64,000 bases of DNA from Chloroflexota bacterium (GTDB lineage Bacteria; Chloroflexota; UBA11872; VXOZ01), in the NCBI GenBank assembly GCA_964291655.2, contig OZ219802.1, positions 768,001-832,000 on the forward strand, written 5' to 3'. Positions within the stretch are counted from its first letter, which is position 1. Every line of letters begins with the position of its first letter. The translations under genes and the position numbers were made by a program. Positions 1 to 9,470 of the stretch are shown piece by piece. Under the pieces are notes generated by a model. The model searched no databases. It had not been told where the DNA came from and worked only from the letters and a program-made list of their open reading frames with translations.

Positions 1-141
1 AAGTCACGGTTCTATTGAATTATACCGCAGAATCATCCATCCAAATGAGGTCTCGGTGCCACTGCGCAAGAGCATAGTGTACGGCATGTGCATGGAGGGA
101 TACGTGGACGATCCGATGGCAACCAAGAACGAAGAAATCTG

Positions 142-441
142 TCACGCCTCAGCAGCTTCCTCTTCTGCGCCTGCCGGTTTGCCGAGGTTGAAGCCGCCTT
201 CTTCCGTGAAGCTCAAGACTACGCCGTCGAGGGTGCGCATACTTAGCTTATCTACCAGCACCTTCAGGCCGTGCTGTTCGCTGACCTCGTCGTTCTTGCC
301 GGGATTCTCCTCGCTCGACATGCCGAATTGCATGCCGTCCGCGCCAGGGCGGATGAATACCCGCAGGTACATTTCGCCCTCGCCTTCCGATTCCATTTGT
401 GACTTGATGAGTTGCGCCGCAGCTTCCGTAATCGTGAACAT
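142..441 (-). CDS. IscA/HesB-like (A-type carrier fold) protein lacking all cysteines
   Basis: N-terminus FTITEAAAQLIK, LRVFI, and DEVSEQHGLKVLVD...LDGVVLSF match the IscA/SufA/HesB pattern; GGAGAGG RBS upstream; no Cys in 99 aa. Confidence 0.75.
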   Translation of the reverse strand: MFTITEAAAQLIKSQMESEGEGEMYLRVFIRPGADGMQFGMSSEENPGKNDEVSEQHGLKVLVDKLSMRTLDGVVLSFTEEGGFNLGKPAGAEEEAAEA

Positions 442-449
442 ACATCCTC

Positions 450-915
450 TCCCAGGTGTGGGATTCTGTGGTGGATTTCGATTTCAGGCTAAAGCGTAGC
501 ATGCGGCAGATACGCCGTAAATGCGATAGACAATGTCCCTTCCGCGCGTGAGCGTATGGGTTGGCCGGCTTCAACCGGCCGGCTAACCAGTAAAGTAGCC
601 CTGAGACATAGCCTGGAACGCAATTCCAGGAGCAGACGGCATGCTGGAAAACTCATCGGCTAACGCAGCATACCGGGCCGCTCCCGGTCAAGCGCCCCTG
701 AGCACAGGCTTACTCGCGAGTGAGTACCCCCACCGTGGCGATGGCAGGCACCCGGTAGTGGCACAAGGCCTTGCGCTTAGGTATTCTTTAACAGGAATAG
801 ACGAGAAGGCTCTCCGGCACTGGTGTTGCGTGAGCTCAGAGCCTCGCAAACGCTATCCGCTGCGCATCGAATTGTGAAGTGCCGGGTCAGCCAGCAGTCT
901 GCCGCGAACCGGGAA
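450..915 (+). ncRNA. Large structured ncRNA, OLE-RNA-like (compact variant)
   Basis: Many stems seen directly (559-569/578-588, 612-618/624-630, 641-646/666-671, 672-677/683-688, 690-695/773-778, 782-788/793-799, 814-821/878-885) plus 5'/3' closing pairing of ~450-472 with ~889-914. Segments GGCAGATACGCCGTAAATGCGATAGACAATG, AGTAAAGTAGCCCTGAGA and GAATAGAC resemble OLE RNA motifs as I recall them (unverified). Confidence 0.6.
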
Positions 916-922
916 AGACGCA

Positions 923-1642
923 ATGAGCACCGATATAGAACCGCGTTTTGATCGCTCTCAGATCACCGAGGCCGACATCGAGTACCAGCGTAATCATCGG
1001 AACATGCGCAACTGGTTCTGGTACTTCATTGTTGGCGGCCTTATCCTCTTGCCGCTCTTCCATCTCTATTTGGGACTGCGCGTCAGCGGACGCAAACCGC
1101 CGCGATCAGGGCCGCTGCTCATCATCTGCAACCACCGTAACAACCTTGACCCGTTTGCCATGGGCGTAGCGTGCCCCCACCGTGCGCTCACATTCATGGC
1201 CAAGGTGGAGCTCTTCCGCAGCTCAATATTGCGCTTCATGCTGCCCCGTTGGGGAACATATCCAATCATTCGCCAAACCAATGACGTGCGCAGCGTGCGC
1301 ATTCTCATGCAATTGCTCAAACAAGACGAAGCCGTAGTCCTCTTCCCGGAAGGCACGCGCAGCCGCACCGGCGAGGTCGGACCGTTCAACTCCGGCTTTG
1401 TGCGCATTGCGGTGCGCCAGCGGGTGCCCATAGTCCTCGCCGCTATTCGGAACACCGAAAAGGCGTTGCCGAGGGGCAGCCGGTACCCCATCCCAAGGGT
1501 GGGCGTTACCGTGACGTTCGCTGAGCCGCTTGAACTCGACGATCACTACGGCAAGAAGCTCACGGGGGACGAGGCAGACGCCCTTGCCGAGTCTCTGCGG
1601 CAGCGGCTCATTGCATTGCTTGATGAGCGTGTGCCCGCCTAA
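923..1642 (+). CDS. plsC: 1-acyl-sn-glycerol-3-phosphate acyltransferase
   Basis: NHxxxxD (NHRNNLD) and FPEGTRS motifs; N-terminal hydrophobic segment. Confidence 0.9.
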   Translation: MSTDIEPRFDRSQITEADIEYQRNHRNMRNWFWYFIVGGLILLPLFHLYLGLRVSGRKPPRSGPLLIICNHRNNLDPFAMGVACPHRALTFMAKVELFRSSILRFMLPRWGTYPIIRQTNDVRSVRILMQLLKQDEAVVLFPEGTRSRTGEVGPFNSGFVRIAVRQRVPIVLAAIRNTEKALPRGSRYPIPRVGVTVTFAEPLELDDHYGKKLTGDEADALAESLRQRLIALLDERVPA

Positions 1643-1965
1643 CGCAAATCGCCTCTGTATTAGACTCTTTTGCCACGGTTGCTGCAGCCCTGGACGAGAT
1701 TGCAGAATATTAGCGCCATATAGACTTGACGAAGGGTCTTGGGAGCGCAGGTTGAGAGCTGCGATACGGTCAAACTCTCATCGCGCGGACACGCCAAGAA
1801 AGTGGAAGAGCCGCAGGCTTCATCACACACGACACGGAAGCATTCCATTCACAAGCCATAGTCTACGCGCGTTACTCCCACTCGGCCGGCAGAAGCAGAT
1901 GATTGTTTCAGCCGACTCTTCTCCGGTACAATGAGAGCAGGCATGCAGATAGCAGAAAGCACTCT

Positions 1966-2826
1966 ATGAACATCATCCTGGCAAAAGAAATGGGGTTTTG
2001 CTACGGCGTCAAGCGGGCCATCGAGATGACCCAGGCCGTAGCGAAAGAGAAGGGCGAGATACATACGCTGGGGCAGCTTGTCCACAACCCCTCAGTGATA
2101 GAGAAACTTCAAGATGATGGCATCAACGTCGTTGGCGACATGGAGGCTATTCCGCAGGACGGCATCGCCACCATCACTGCCCATGGCACCGGCAAAGCGG
2201 TCACCGCTCAAATAGCGGAACACAATCTCGAGCTCTTGGATGCTACCTGTCCCATCGTTTCGAAAGTGCACCGCATCGTGCAGGAGCATGCCGAGCGCGG
2301 CTATCAAATTCTCATCTTCGGCGACCCCACCCATAAGGAAGTGCGCGGCATTCTCGGCTGGTCGGATGGCCGCGGAGAAGCCGTGGCGAGCGCCGAGGCG
2401 CTGGACTCCGTGCGCTTGCGCCGCAAGATCTGCCTGGTCTCTCAAACCACACAAACGGTAGAGCGGTTTCAGGCAGTCGCCCGTCGTCTCATGGACCTGG
2501 CGCTTGAAGACGCGCTCGAAGTGCATGTCGTCAACACGCTCTGCTTTGCAACCACCAAGCAACAGGCAGCCGCGCGCGACATTCTCCCGCAGGTGGACGT
2601 GATGGTGGTAGTTGGCGGCCGCAATAGTGCCAATACCACTCACCTTGCGGAGATCTCCCGCGAGGAAGAAACGCCCACCTACCACATTGAATCAGCGGCT
2701 GAACTTGATCCTGCCTGGTTCAAGCACACGGAGAGCGTAGGCATCACCGCAGGCGCTTCGACACCGGATTGGTCGGTCCAAGAAGTCGTGACCCGGCTCA
2801 AAGAGCTTGACGCAGTTGCGTCCTAG
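1966..2826 (+). CDS. ispH: 4-hydroxy-3-methylbut-2-enyl diphosphate reductase
   Basis: GFCYGVKRAI, VHN, DATCP, TLC, SANT and GITAGASTP motifs; start moved to ATG 1966. Confidence 0.97.
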   Translation: MNIILAKEMGFCYGVKRAIEMTQAVAKEKGEIHTLGQLVHNPSVIEKLQDDGINVVGDMEAIPQDGIATITAHGTGKAVTAQIAEHNLELLDATCPIVSKVHRIVQEHAERGYQILIFGDPTHKEVRGILGWSDGRGEAVASAEALDSVRLRRKICLVSQTTQTVERFQAVARRLMDLALEDALEVHVVNTLCFATTKQQAAARDILPQVDVMVVVGGRNSANTTHLAEISREEETPTYHIESAAELDPAWFKHTESVGITAGASTPDWSVQEVVTRLKELDAVAS

Positions 2827-3159
2827 CCGGAGTCTGTAACCGGCTTGCGCGCCGTCCCTCAGGTGAGCAATGCCCAAGCCCAAAGTGATTTAGACAGGCG
2901 CAGCCGCTCCATTTGAGTTGCAATTCTGCGTGGCGCCCCCCTGTACCATGAGTACGTGGCGCCTCCTCCTACTCTCTTCACCGCCTAAGCGGCATGCAGT
3001 GGCGGCAATTTGCACCGTCTAACTGGTGTATAATTTGCATAGCTTTCCGGAAATCCCGCACATTGGAAGCGAGCGCGCGTGTCATCAAACACGGGCACAT
3101 CACCTATCAATGCAAAGGGGCACAATGTGTGCCCTGTCACATTTCGGCGGATCGACACT

Positions 3160-4518
3160 ATGAGCGCGACAACAAATCAAGCTGACTTTGAGACTCCATC
3201 TGCAGGTGCCACTACCGCCCCAAGCGGAATCGTCGCACTCATAGGACGCCCAAATGTGGGCAAGTCCAGCATCTTCAATCGGCTCCTCGGGCAACGACAG
3301 GCCGTCGTTGAAGACGTCCCCGGCACGACCCGCGACCGCGTCTACGGCGTAGTGGAATGGCAAGACCGCGCTTTCACCGTCACCGATACCGGGGGCATCA
3401 TCGAAGAGCGTGATGCGCTCGCTGAATCCATATATGAGCAAGTGCAAGCAGCCATAGAAGAGGCTACCGTCATCATCTTCGTCGTGGATTCACCGGCCGG
3501 CATTACACCACAGGACCATGAAATCGCCGCGCTCCTGCGCACCACGAAGAAGCCCGTCGTGATTGCCGCGAACAAAGCCGACAACGAAAACACCCATCTA
3601 CAGACGTATGAGTTCTACTCTTTAGGGATAGGTGACGTGATTTCGCTCTCGGCGCTGCACGGACTTGGCACGGGAGACCTGCTGGATGCCGTCTGCTCAC
3701 ATCTTCCCAAAGACGAGGCAGAAGAATCTGATCTAATGCTTCCCCGGTTCGCAATAGTGGGGCGGCCGAACGTGGGAAAATCGGCGCTGCTCAACGCGAT
3801 GCTCGGACACGAGCGTACAATCGTCAGCGATGTTCCCGGCACCACCCGCGACGCCATCGACAGCGTTGTCAACTACGGCGACGATACGGCAATTCTCATC
3901 GATACCGCCGGTATACGGCGGCGGGGCAAGGTGCAGCATGGCGTAGAGTCCCATAGCGTGCTCCGCACGGTACGCGCTCTAGAGCGCTGCAACGTCGCTC
4001 TCCTCCTCATCGACGCTGCTGAAGGACTGACTGCGCAGGATGTGCATATTGCCGGTTATGTCAATGAGGCCTATAAGGGTCTGGTCGTGCTAATCAACAA
4101 ATGGGACCTTGTTGACGCAGATGCCGGAGAAGTAAAACGCATGGTGCAGGGCCGGTTGCGCTGGATGCCGCACGCCCCGTTGGTAGTGTTGTCTGCCAAG
4201 ACAGGTTTTCATCTCAACCGCGTGCTGCCGGCAGCCTTGCAGGTCTTTGCCGAACGGGGCAAACGCATCACGACCGGCACACTCAACCGCGCACTGCGGG
4301 CGTGGTTGGCGAACCGCACCCTCTCCTCGAAGCGACGGCGACTGAGCATCTACTATGTAACCCAAGCAAGTACGCATCCACCGACGTTCATCTTCTCCGT
4401 AAACGACCCTTCCCTCGCTCATTTCTCGCACCGTCGCTTCTTGGAAAACAGAATCCGGCGGCACTTTGGATTCGAAGGGACGCCATTGCGTCTGCTCTTT
4501 CACGACCATCATGGCTGA
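3160..4518 (+). CDS. der: Ribosome biogenesis GTPase Der (EngA)
   Basis: Two GRPNVGKS P-loops, PGTTRD, DTxG, NKxD, C-terminal FGFEGTP. Confidence 0.97.
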   Translation: MSATTNQADFETPSAGATTAPSGIVALIGRPNVGKSSIFNRLLGQRQAVVEDVPGTTRDRVYGVVEWQDRAFTVTDTGGIIEERDALAESIYEQVQAAIEEATVIIFVVDSPAGITPQDHEIAALLRTTKKPVVIAANKADNENTHLQTYEFYSLGIGDVISLSALHGLGTGDLLDAVCSHLPKDEAEESDLMLPRFAIVGRPNVGKSALLNAMLGHERTIVSDVPGTTRDAIDSVVNYGDDTAILIDTAGIRRRGKVQHGVESHSVLRTVRALERCNVALLLIDAAEGLTAQDVHIAGYVNEAYKGLVVLINKWDLVDADAGEVKRMVQGRLRWMPHAPLVVLSAKTGFHLNRVLPAALQVFAERGKRITTGTLNRALRAWLANRTLSSKRRRLSIYYVTQASTHPPTFIFSVNDPSLAHFSHRRFLENRIRRHFGFEGTPLRLLFHDHHG

Positions 4519-5137
4519 CCTTCTTGCATACGCCCTCTTTGTCGTTGTAGGCTATCTCGCCGGGTCTATTCCCAGCGGGTGGCTGGTTGCCCGTCTCTTT
4601 CATCAATCAGACATCCGTGAGCACGGCAGCGGCCGCACGGGTTCTACCAACGTGTGGCGCACGTTCGGTGTCGCCGCGGGAATTGTGTCTTTGCTTGGCG
4701 ATACGCTCAAGGTCATATTGCCGCTTGTCGCCATCAGATTACTCTTAGAAGGCAATTCGGAAGGCGAAGCCATAGTCGCCTTCGCGGCAATCATCGGGCA
4801 CAACTGGCCCCTGTTCATTGGTTTTCGCGGCGGCAGGGGCATCGTGCCGGGAGCCGCGGGCCTTGCCTTCATGGTGCCGCTAATTGTGGCGTTACTTTGG
4901 GTGGTTTTCTTGCCGGTCATGTTGATAAGCCGGCATGTCTCCCTCGCTTCTCTTACAACAGTGGCCGCCGCTCCGATTTTCATCGCAATTGCAATGCAAT
5001 GGTTCCACGTACCCGTGGTGTACTTGGTCTACGCAATAATTGGCGGCATCGTCATCATCGTGCAGCACCGTGACAACATAGCGCGGTTGCTCGCAGGCAC
5101 CGAGCGCCGCATCTCACTGGGACGCCGGAGCTCATGA
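4511..5137 (+). CDS. plsY: Glycerol-3-phosphate acyltransferase PlsY
   Basis: YLAGSIP, DIREHGSGRTGSTNVWR, GHNWP...FRGGRG, HRDNIARLLAGTE; overlaps der stop. Confidence 0.95.
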   Translation: MADLLAYALFVVVGYLAGSIPSGWLVARLFHQSDIREHGSGRTGSTNVWRTFGVAAGIVSLLGDTLKVILPLVAIRLLLEGNSEGEAIVAFAAIIGHNWPLFIGFRGGRGIVPGAAGLAFMVPLIVALLWVVFLPVMLISRHVSLASLTTVAAAPIFIAIAMQWFHVPVVYLVYAIIGGIVIIVQHRDNIARLLAGTERRISLGRRSS

Positions 5138-5162
5138 CCCCCGCGCCCGATGGCATTCAGGA

Positions 5163-5912
5163 ATGCAATCCGTGCTATCAGTAGACGATCCCGGCGAAGT
5201 CCCGCACGAGTTTGACCGCGCGTCCGATGCGAATCGAGAGTCCGCTCCAGTCGTTTCCATCACTGCTCTCCGTCCCCAGGGAGCTAAGCAAGCCTACATC
5301 AAGGTAGAACTGAGCAGCGGCGAGCGCCTGCGATTGCGCTCGGAGACCGTTGCATCACGCGGGCTTAACGTAGGCGACACTGTCAATACTGCCGCCATTA
5401 TTGCCTGGCAACGTGATGACAGTAACCGTCGCGCCGTGGAAGCCAGCTTGAACTTCGTCTCCTATCGCCCTCGCAGCACGAAAGAGGTGGCCGACCACTT
5501 GCGCAAGAAGTCACTCGATGGGTCGGCGCGAGACCACGCAATCAGCCGCCTGCAAGAACTGGGGTACCTGGACGACACGGCATTCGCCCGCTTCTGGATA
5601 GAGAGCCGTGACACGCATCGCCCCAGAGGGAGAAGGGCGCTCGCATGGGAACTGCGAAAGAAGGGCGTTGCTGAGGAAGTCATTGAAGACGCGCTGGCGC
5701 GATTCGGGAGCGACGAGGCGACTTTGGCGCGCCAGGCCGCACGCAAGCGCGCAGCCACACTCAAGACCGCCGATCCTTACAAGTTTCGCCAGCAGCTTGG
5801 CGCGTTTCTTGCCCGCCGGGGATTCAGCTACGAGGTGATCGAGCAGGTTGTGGATGAGCTCTGGGAAGAACCGGGAATCGCTGAATCTCGTCGGTCGGAA
5901 CCGGTTGAATAA
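5163..5912 (+). CDS. recX: Regulatory protein RecX
   Basis: SYRPRSxxE...GYLDDxxFA...ELRKKG...FLARRGF repeat pattern. Confidence 0.9.
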   Translation: MQSVLSVDDPGEVPHEFDRASDANRESAPVVSITALRPQGAKQAYIKVELSSGERLRLRSETVASRGLNVGDTVNTAAIIAWQRDDSNRRAVEASLNFVSYRPRSTKEVADHLRKKSLDGSARDHAISRLQELGYLDDTAFARFWIESRDTHRPRGRRALAWELRKKGVAEEVIEDALARFGSDEATLARQAARKRAATLKTADPYKFRQQLGAFLARRGFSYEVIEQVVDELWEEPGIAESRRSEPVE

Positions 5913-6016
5913 TGACTGCGCAGCGGCTTATGATGTATACAACAGGGGTTGCAAGACAGGAATCCGTTCAAGGTTCGACAGGCTCACCACGAACGGATTC
6001 ACCCAGGAGAGCAATC

Positions 6017-6565
6017 ATGGCCAGCTCTACACCCACATTCAAATTCACGTACCAGGACTACCGCAACACGCCGGATGATAAGCGCTACGAGTTGTTGGAT
6101 GGAGACTTAGTTATGGCGCCAGCGCCCGGAGAGGCCCACCAAAGGACTTCCAGAAAACTTACCATGCTGCTAGGGCTGTCGGTTGAACGTACCGGTGTTG
6201 GCCACGTCTATGCTGCTCCTTTCGACGTAGTGCTCTCAGACACAGATGTAGTCCAGCCCGATTTGCTGTTCATCTCCAACGAGCGGGCGCACATCATTAC
6301 TGACGAGAACATTCAAGGCGCGCCCGACTTGGTTGTTGAAATCCTCTCTCCTTCCACGGCAGAGCGAGACCAGACCTTCAAACGATCGCTTTACGCCAAA
6401 CACGGCGTGAAGGAATACTGGCTGGTGGACACCGATGCCAAGACGGTGACGGTCCTCCTGCGGAATCCCCATGGCTTTGCGGTGGTAGGCGTGTGCGGTG
6501 AAGGCCAGACCCTGGATTCACCGACCCTTGAGAAGTTCATTATCAAACCCGACGAAATCTTCTAG
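6017..6565 (+). CDS. Uma2 (DUF820) family putative endonuclease, copy 1
   Basis: RYELLDG, VQPDL, GAPDLVVEILSPST, YAKHGVKEYWLVD; AGGAG RBS before ATG 6017. Confidence 0.9.
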   Translation: MASSTPTFKFTYQDYRNTPDDKRYELLDGDLVMAPAPGEAHQRTSRKLTMLLGLSVERTGVGHVYAAPFDVVLSDTDVVQPDLLFISNERAHIITDENIQGAPDLVVEILSPSTAERDQTFKRSLYAKHGVKEYWLVDTDAKTVTVLLRNPHGFAVVGVCGEGQTLDSPTLEKFIIKPDEIF

Positions 6566-6632
6566 CTTGTGAACGCATTCATTACTGCTGAGACGGCCCG
6601 CTCTCACTGTACGACGTGGGCCGCGAGAGAGA

Positions 6633-7190
6633 ATGGCAACCATGGCTAGCTCTACACCGGCAATCAAGTTCACGTATGCGGACTACCGCAACACGCCGGA
6701 TGATAAGCGCTACGAGTTGTTGGACGGAGACTTGATAGTGACGCCAGCGCCCGGAACGGCACATCAGAGGGCATTGCGTAAACTCACCATTCTGCTCGGG
6801 CTGACAGTTGAACGTACCGGCGTTGGCGAGGTCTTCATTGCGCCCTGCGACGTGGTGCTCTCGGATACGGACGTTGTACAGCCAGACTTGTTGTTCGTCT
6901 CCAAAGAACGGGAACACATCATTACCGACGAAAACATCCAAGGCGCGCCCGACCTTGTTGTTGAAATCCTCTCTCCTTCCACGGCAGAACGGGGCCAAAC
7001 CTTCAAACGCTCGCTTTACGCCAAACACGGCGTGAAGGAATACTGGCTGGTGGACACCGATGCCAAGACGGTGACGGTCCTCCTGCGGAATCCCCAAGGC
7101 TTTGCGGTGGCAGGCGTGTGCGGTGAAGGCCAGGCCCTGGATTCACCGACCTTTGAGAAGTTTATCATCAAACCCGACGAAATCTTCTAG
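6633..7190 (+). CDS. Uma2 family putative endonuclease, copy 2
   Basis: Same motifs; 625 bp offset from copy 1 (alternative start 6642). Confidence 0.9.
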   Translation: MATMASSTPAIKFTYADYRNTPDDKRYELLDGDLIVTPAPGTAHQRALRKLTILLGLTVERTGVGEVFIAPCDVVLSDTDVVQPDLLFVSKEREHIITDENIQGAPDLVVEILSPSTAERGQTFKRSLYAKHGVKEYWLVDTDAKTVTVLLRNPQGFAVAGVCGEGQALDSPTFEKFIIKPDEIF

Positions 7191-7257
7191 CTTGTGAACG
7201 CTTTCATTACTGCGGAGGCGGCCCGCTCTCACTATACGACGTGGGCCGCGAGAGAGA

Positions 7258-7815
7258 GTGGCAACCATGGCTAGCTCTACACCGGCAATCAAGTTCACGT
7301 ACCGGGACTACCGAAACACGCCGGATGACAAGCGCTACGAGTTGTTGGATGGAGACTTAATTGTGGTTCCAGCGCCCAAAGAGATCCATCAAAGAGTCCT
7401 GATGAATCTTTCCTATTTGCTGTTTCAGTCGGTCAAGCGTAGCGGTGCCGGACATGTCTATGCTGCCCCATTTGACGTCGTGCTTTCCAACACGGACGTC
7501 GTTCAGCCCGATCTCCTTTACATCTCCAACGAGCGGGCGCACAAAATTACTGACGAAAACATCCAAGGCGCGCCCGATTTGGTTGTCGAAATCCTCTCTC
7601 CTTCCACGGCAGAACGGGACCAAACCTTCAAACGCTCGCTTTACGCCAAACACGGCGTGAAAGAGTATTGGCTGGTGGATACTGATGCCAAGACGGTGAC
7701 AGTGCTGACTCTGGAAAGTGACGGCTATGCGTTAGTCGCCGTCTATGGAGAGGGGCAAGCCCTGTCCTCGCCCACCCTGGCGGGATTCACTGTCGATACG
7801 GCCGAAGTCTTCTGA
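7258..7815 (+). CDS. Uma2 family putative endonuclease, copy 3
   Basis: Same motifs; 625 bp offset from copy 2 (alternative start 7267). Confidence 0.9.
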   Translation: MATMASSTPAIKFTYRDYRNTPDDKRYELLDGDLIVVPAPKEIHQRVLMNLSYLLFQSVKRSGAGHVYAAPFDVVLSNTDVVQPDLLYISNERAHKITDENIQGAPDLVVEILSPSTAERDQTFKRSLYAKHGVKEYWLVDTDAKTVTVLTLESDGYALVAVYGEGQALSSPTLAGFTVDTAEVF

Positions 7816-7891
7816 CCCTGAATTCGCGCCCTACTACGCATTTCACATACCAGCTCGCGAAGTAGGCAGTAAAACCGTTCATCGCCCAATG

Positions 7892-9388
7892 CTATTGTGA
7901 CTCCACCTTAAAGTTCGGCTCTAACGCTACGTACAGGTCACAGAATTCTTGGAATCGCTGCTCGTAGCAGTCTGAATCAGCTCCGTCCGGCGCACAGGTC
8001 CCCTGGGAATTCGGCCGCCACTCGGCAAGCCAGGTGTCGTCCGCCTTCTGAGCGGCAACGAGAGCCAATAGTGCCGCCCCCTGTGCCGCGCTGTCCCCGC
8101 CCTCGATTACGGTGAGCGGGCGCTGAAGCACATCCGCAAGAATTTGCAGCATCAACGGAAATGCTGCCCCGCCGGTCACATTGAGCGGAGTCACCGTGCC
8201 TCCTAGATGCGTTTCTATTTGTGCGAGCACGTTTCGCAGGGCAAACGCAATGCCCTCCACCACCGCCCGTGCCATTTCGGCTTGGCTTGTGCCAAGCTGA
8301 AGTCCGTAAAAGACTCCACGCGCGTCACGGTTCCACAACGGCGCGCGTTCGCCCATGAGATACGGCAGAAAGATCACGCCCCCTGCCCTCGGTTCACTCG
8401 TGGCAGCCAATCTTACCAATTCCTCGACAGACTCGATACCCAAGAGCGCTGCCGCCCAGCGCAGAGTTGCGCCGCCTAGCAACGTGGGCGCCACATGCAG
8501 GTAGCGGCCCGGTAATACATGGCGGCGCGTATAGAATCTTGGGTCAGCCACACTGCGCTCCGTACAGACGGTAAGAACACTCGTTGTGCCGAGAGAGAGC
8601 ACGCCTGCTTGTGGTGACACCAGGCCTGCGCTGACTGCAGCAGCTTGCGCATCCGCTCCTCCCATAGCGACCGGCATGCCTTCCGGGACGCCTAACTGCT
8701 CTGCCGCCTGGGGTAAGACTTTTCCAACCACCGCCTGAGAAGGCATGTGAGGCGGTAGCTTTTCAGGTGGAATGCCAATCTGGCGGCACCAGTCGTCGAG
8801 CCAGCGGGGAGGGTCGTTCAGCGCAAACAGTCCGGTAAGCTGTGCGTTCGCCCAGTCAATGCCAAATGTTCCGGTGAGGCGATGGGCAAGATAGGTCGTC
8901 AGGGTGCCAAAATAGGCGCATGTTGCCGCAAGAGCAGGCCGCTCCTCCACGAACCACAGAATGCTGCTCAGTGTTGTGCTGCCGCTCTCGATCCGAATTC
9001 CAGTCCGCCGTACTATCGTCAACTGATTAGCGCCGGTCAGTACGCGCTTTACTTGCTGTACACTGCGCCGGTCCTCATAGATGATTCCGGCATGCAGCGG
9101 CGTACCGTCGTCGGCTAGGGGCGCCACCGAGGGCGCAAGCGAGGTGAGGCCTATCCCAATAATGCCCTTTGGCGCAGATGCACTGGGCAAGAATGAGAAA
9201 GCCGCGCGGAGAGCTACTTGGACACTGTCCCAACAACGTGGAAAGTCAATCTCCGCCCAGCCCGGTTGTGGGCGTTCGATTCTCGTAGGGGCACTGCCAC
9301 GAGCCACGATAGCGCCTTCGCTATCACAAAGGACTACCTTGGTGGCAGTGCTGCCGACGTCAATGCCAACCGCATATTCAGGAGACAT
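7892..9388 (-). CDS. FGGY-family carbohydrate kinase (xylulokinase-like)
   Basis: GIDVGSTATK, GGADAQ, SLGT, FLPYLMGERAP, RAVVEG, TGG motifs. Confidence 0.9.
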   Translation of the reverse strand: MSPEYAVGIDVGSTATKVVLCDSEGAIVARGSAPTRIERPQPGWAEIDFPRCWDSVQVALRAAFSFLPSASAPKGIIGIGLTSLAPSVAPLADDGTPLHAGIIYEDRRSVQQVKRVLTGANQLTIVRRTGIRIESGSTTLSSILWFVEERPALAATCAYFGTLTTYLAHRLTGTFGIDWANAQLTGLFALNDPPRWLDDWCRQIGIPPEKLPPHMPSQAVVGKVLPQAAEQLGVPEGMPVAMGGADAQAAAVSAGLVSPQAGVLSLGTTSVLTVCTERSVADPRFYTRRHVLPGRYLHVAPTLLGGATLRWAAALLGIESVEELVRLAATSEPRAGGVIFLPYLMGERAPLWNRDARGVFYGLQLGTSQAEMARAVVEGIAFALRNVLAQIETHLGGTVTPLNVTGGAAFPLMLQILADVLQRPLTVIEGGDSAAQGAALLALVAAQKADDTWLAEWRPNSQGTCAPDGADSDCYEQRFQEFCDLYVALEPNFKVESQ

Positions 9389-9470
9389 GGCAGCCGAATG
9401 AAGATCTCTTTACCACTAGAAATAGGAAAGCACGTCGAGTCTTGTTCGTCCCAAGCGAGATAGGACAAGC

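Noticed and set aside
1-144. Sec readthrough of the HesB-like gene's TGA stop
   Set aside because: The stop follows an acidic tail rather than a Cys-equivalent position, and the extension looks non-coding
450-915. tmRNA, RNase P RNA, or the 78-aa ORF 641..877
   Set aside because: No tRNA-like GGGG...CCA ends, no GAGGAAAGTCC RNase P motif, and the ORF has no recognisable protein features
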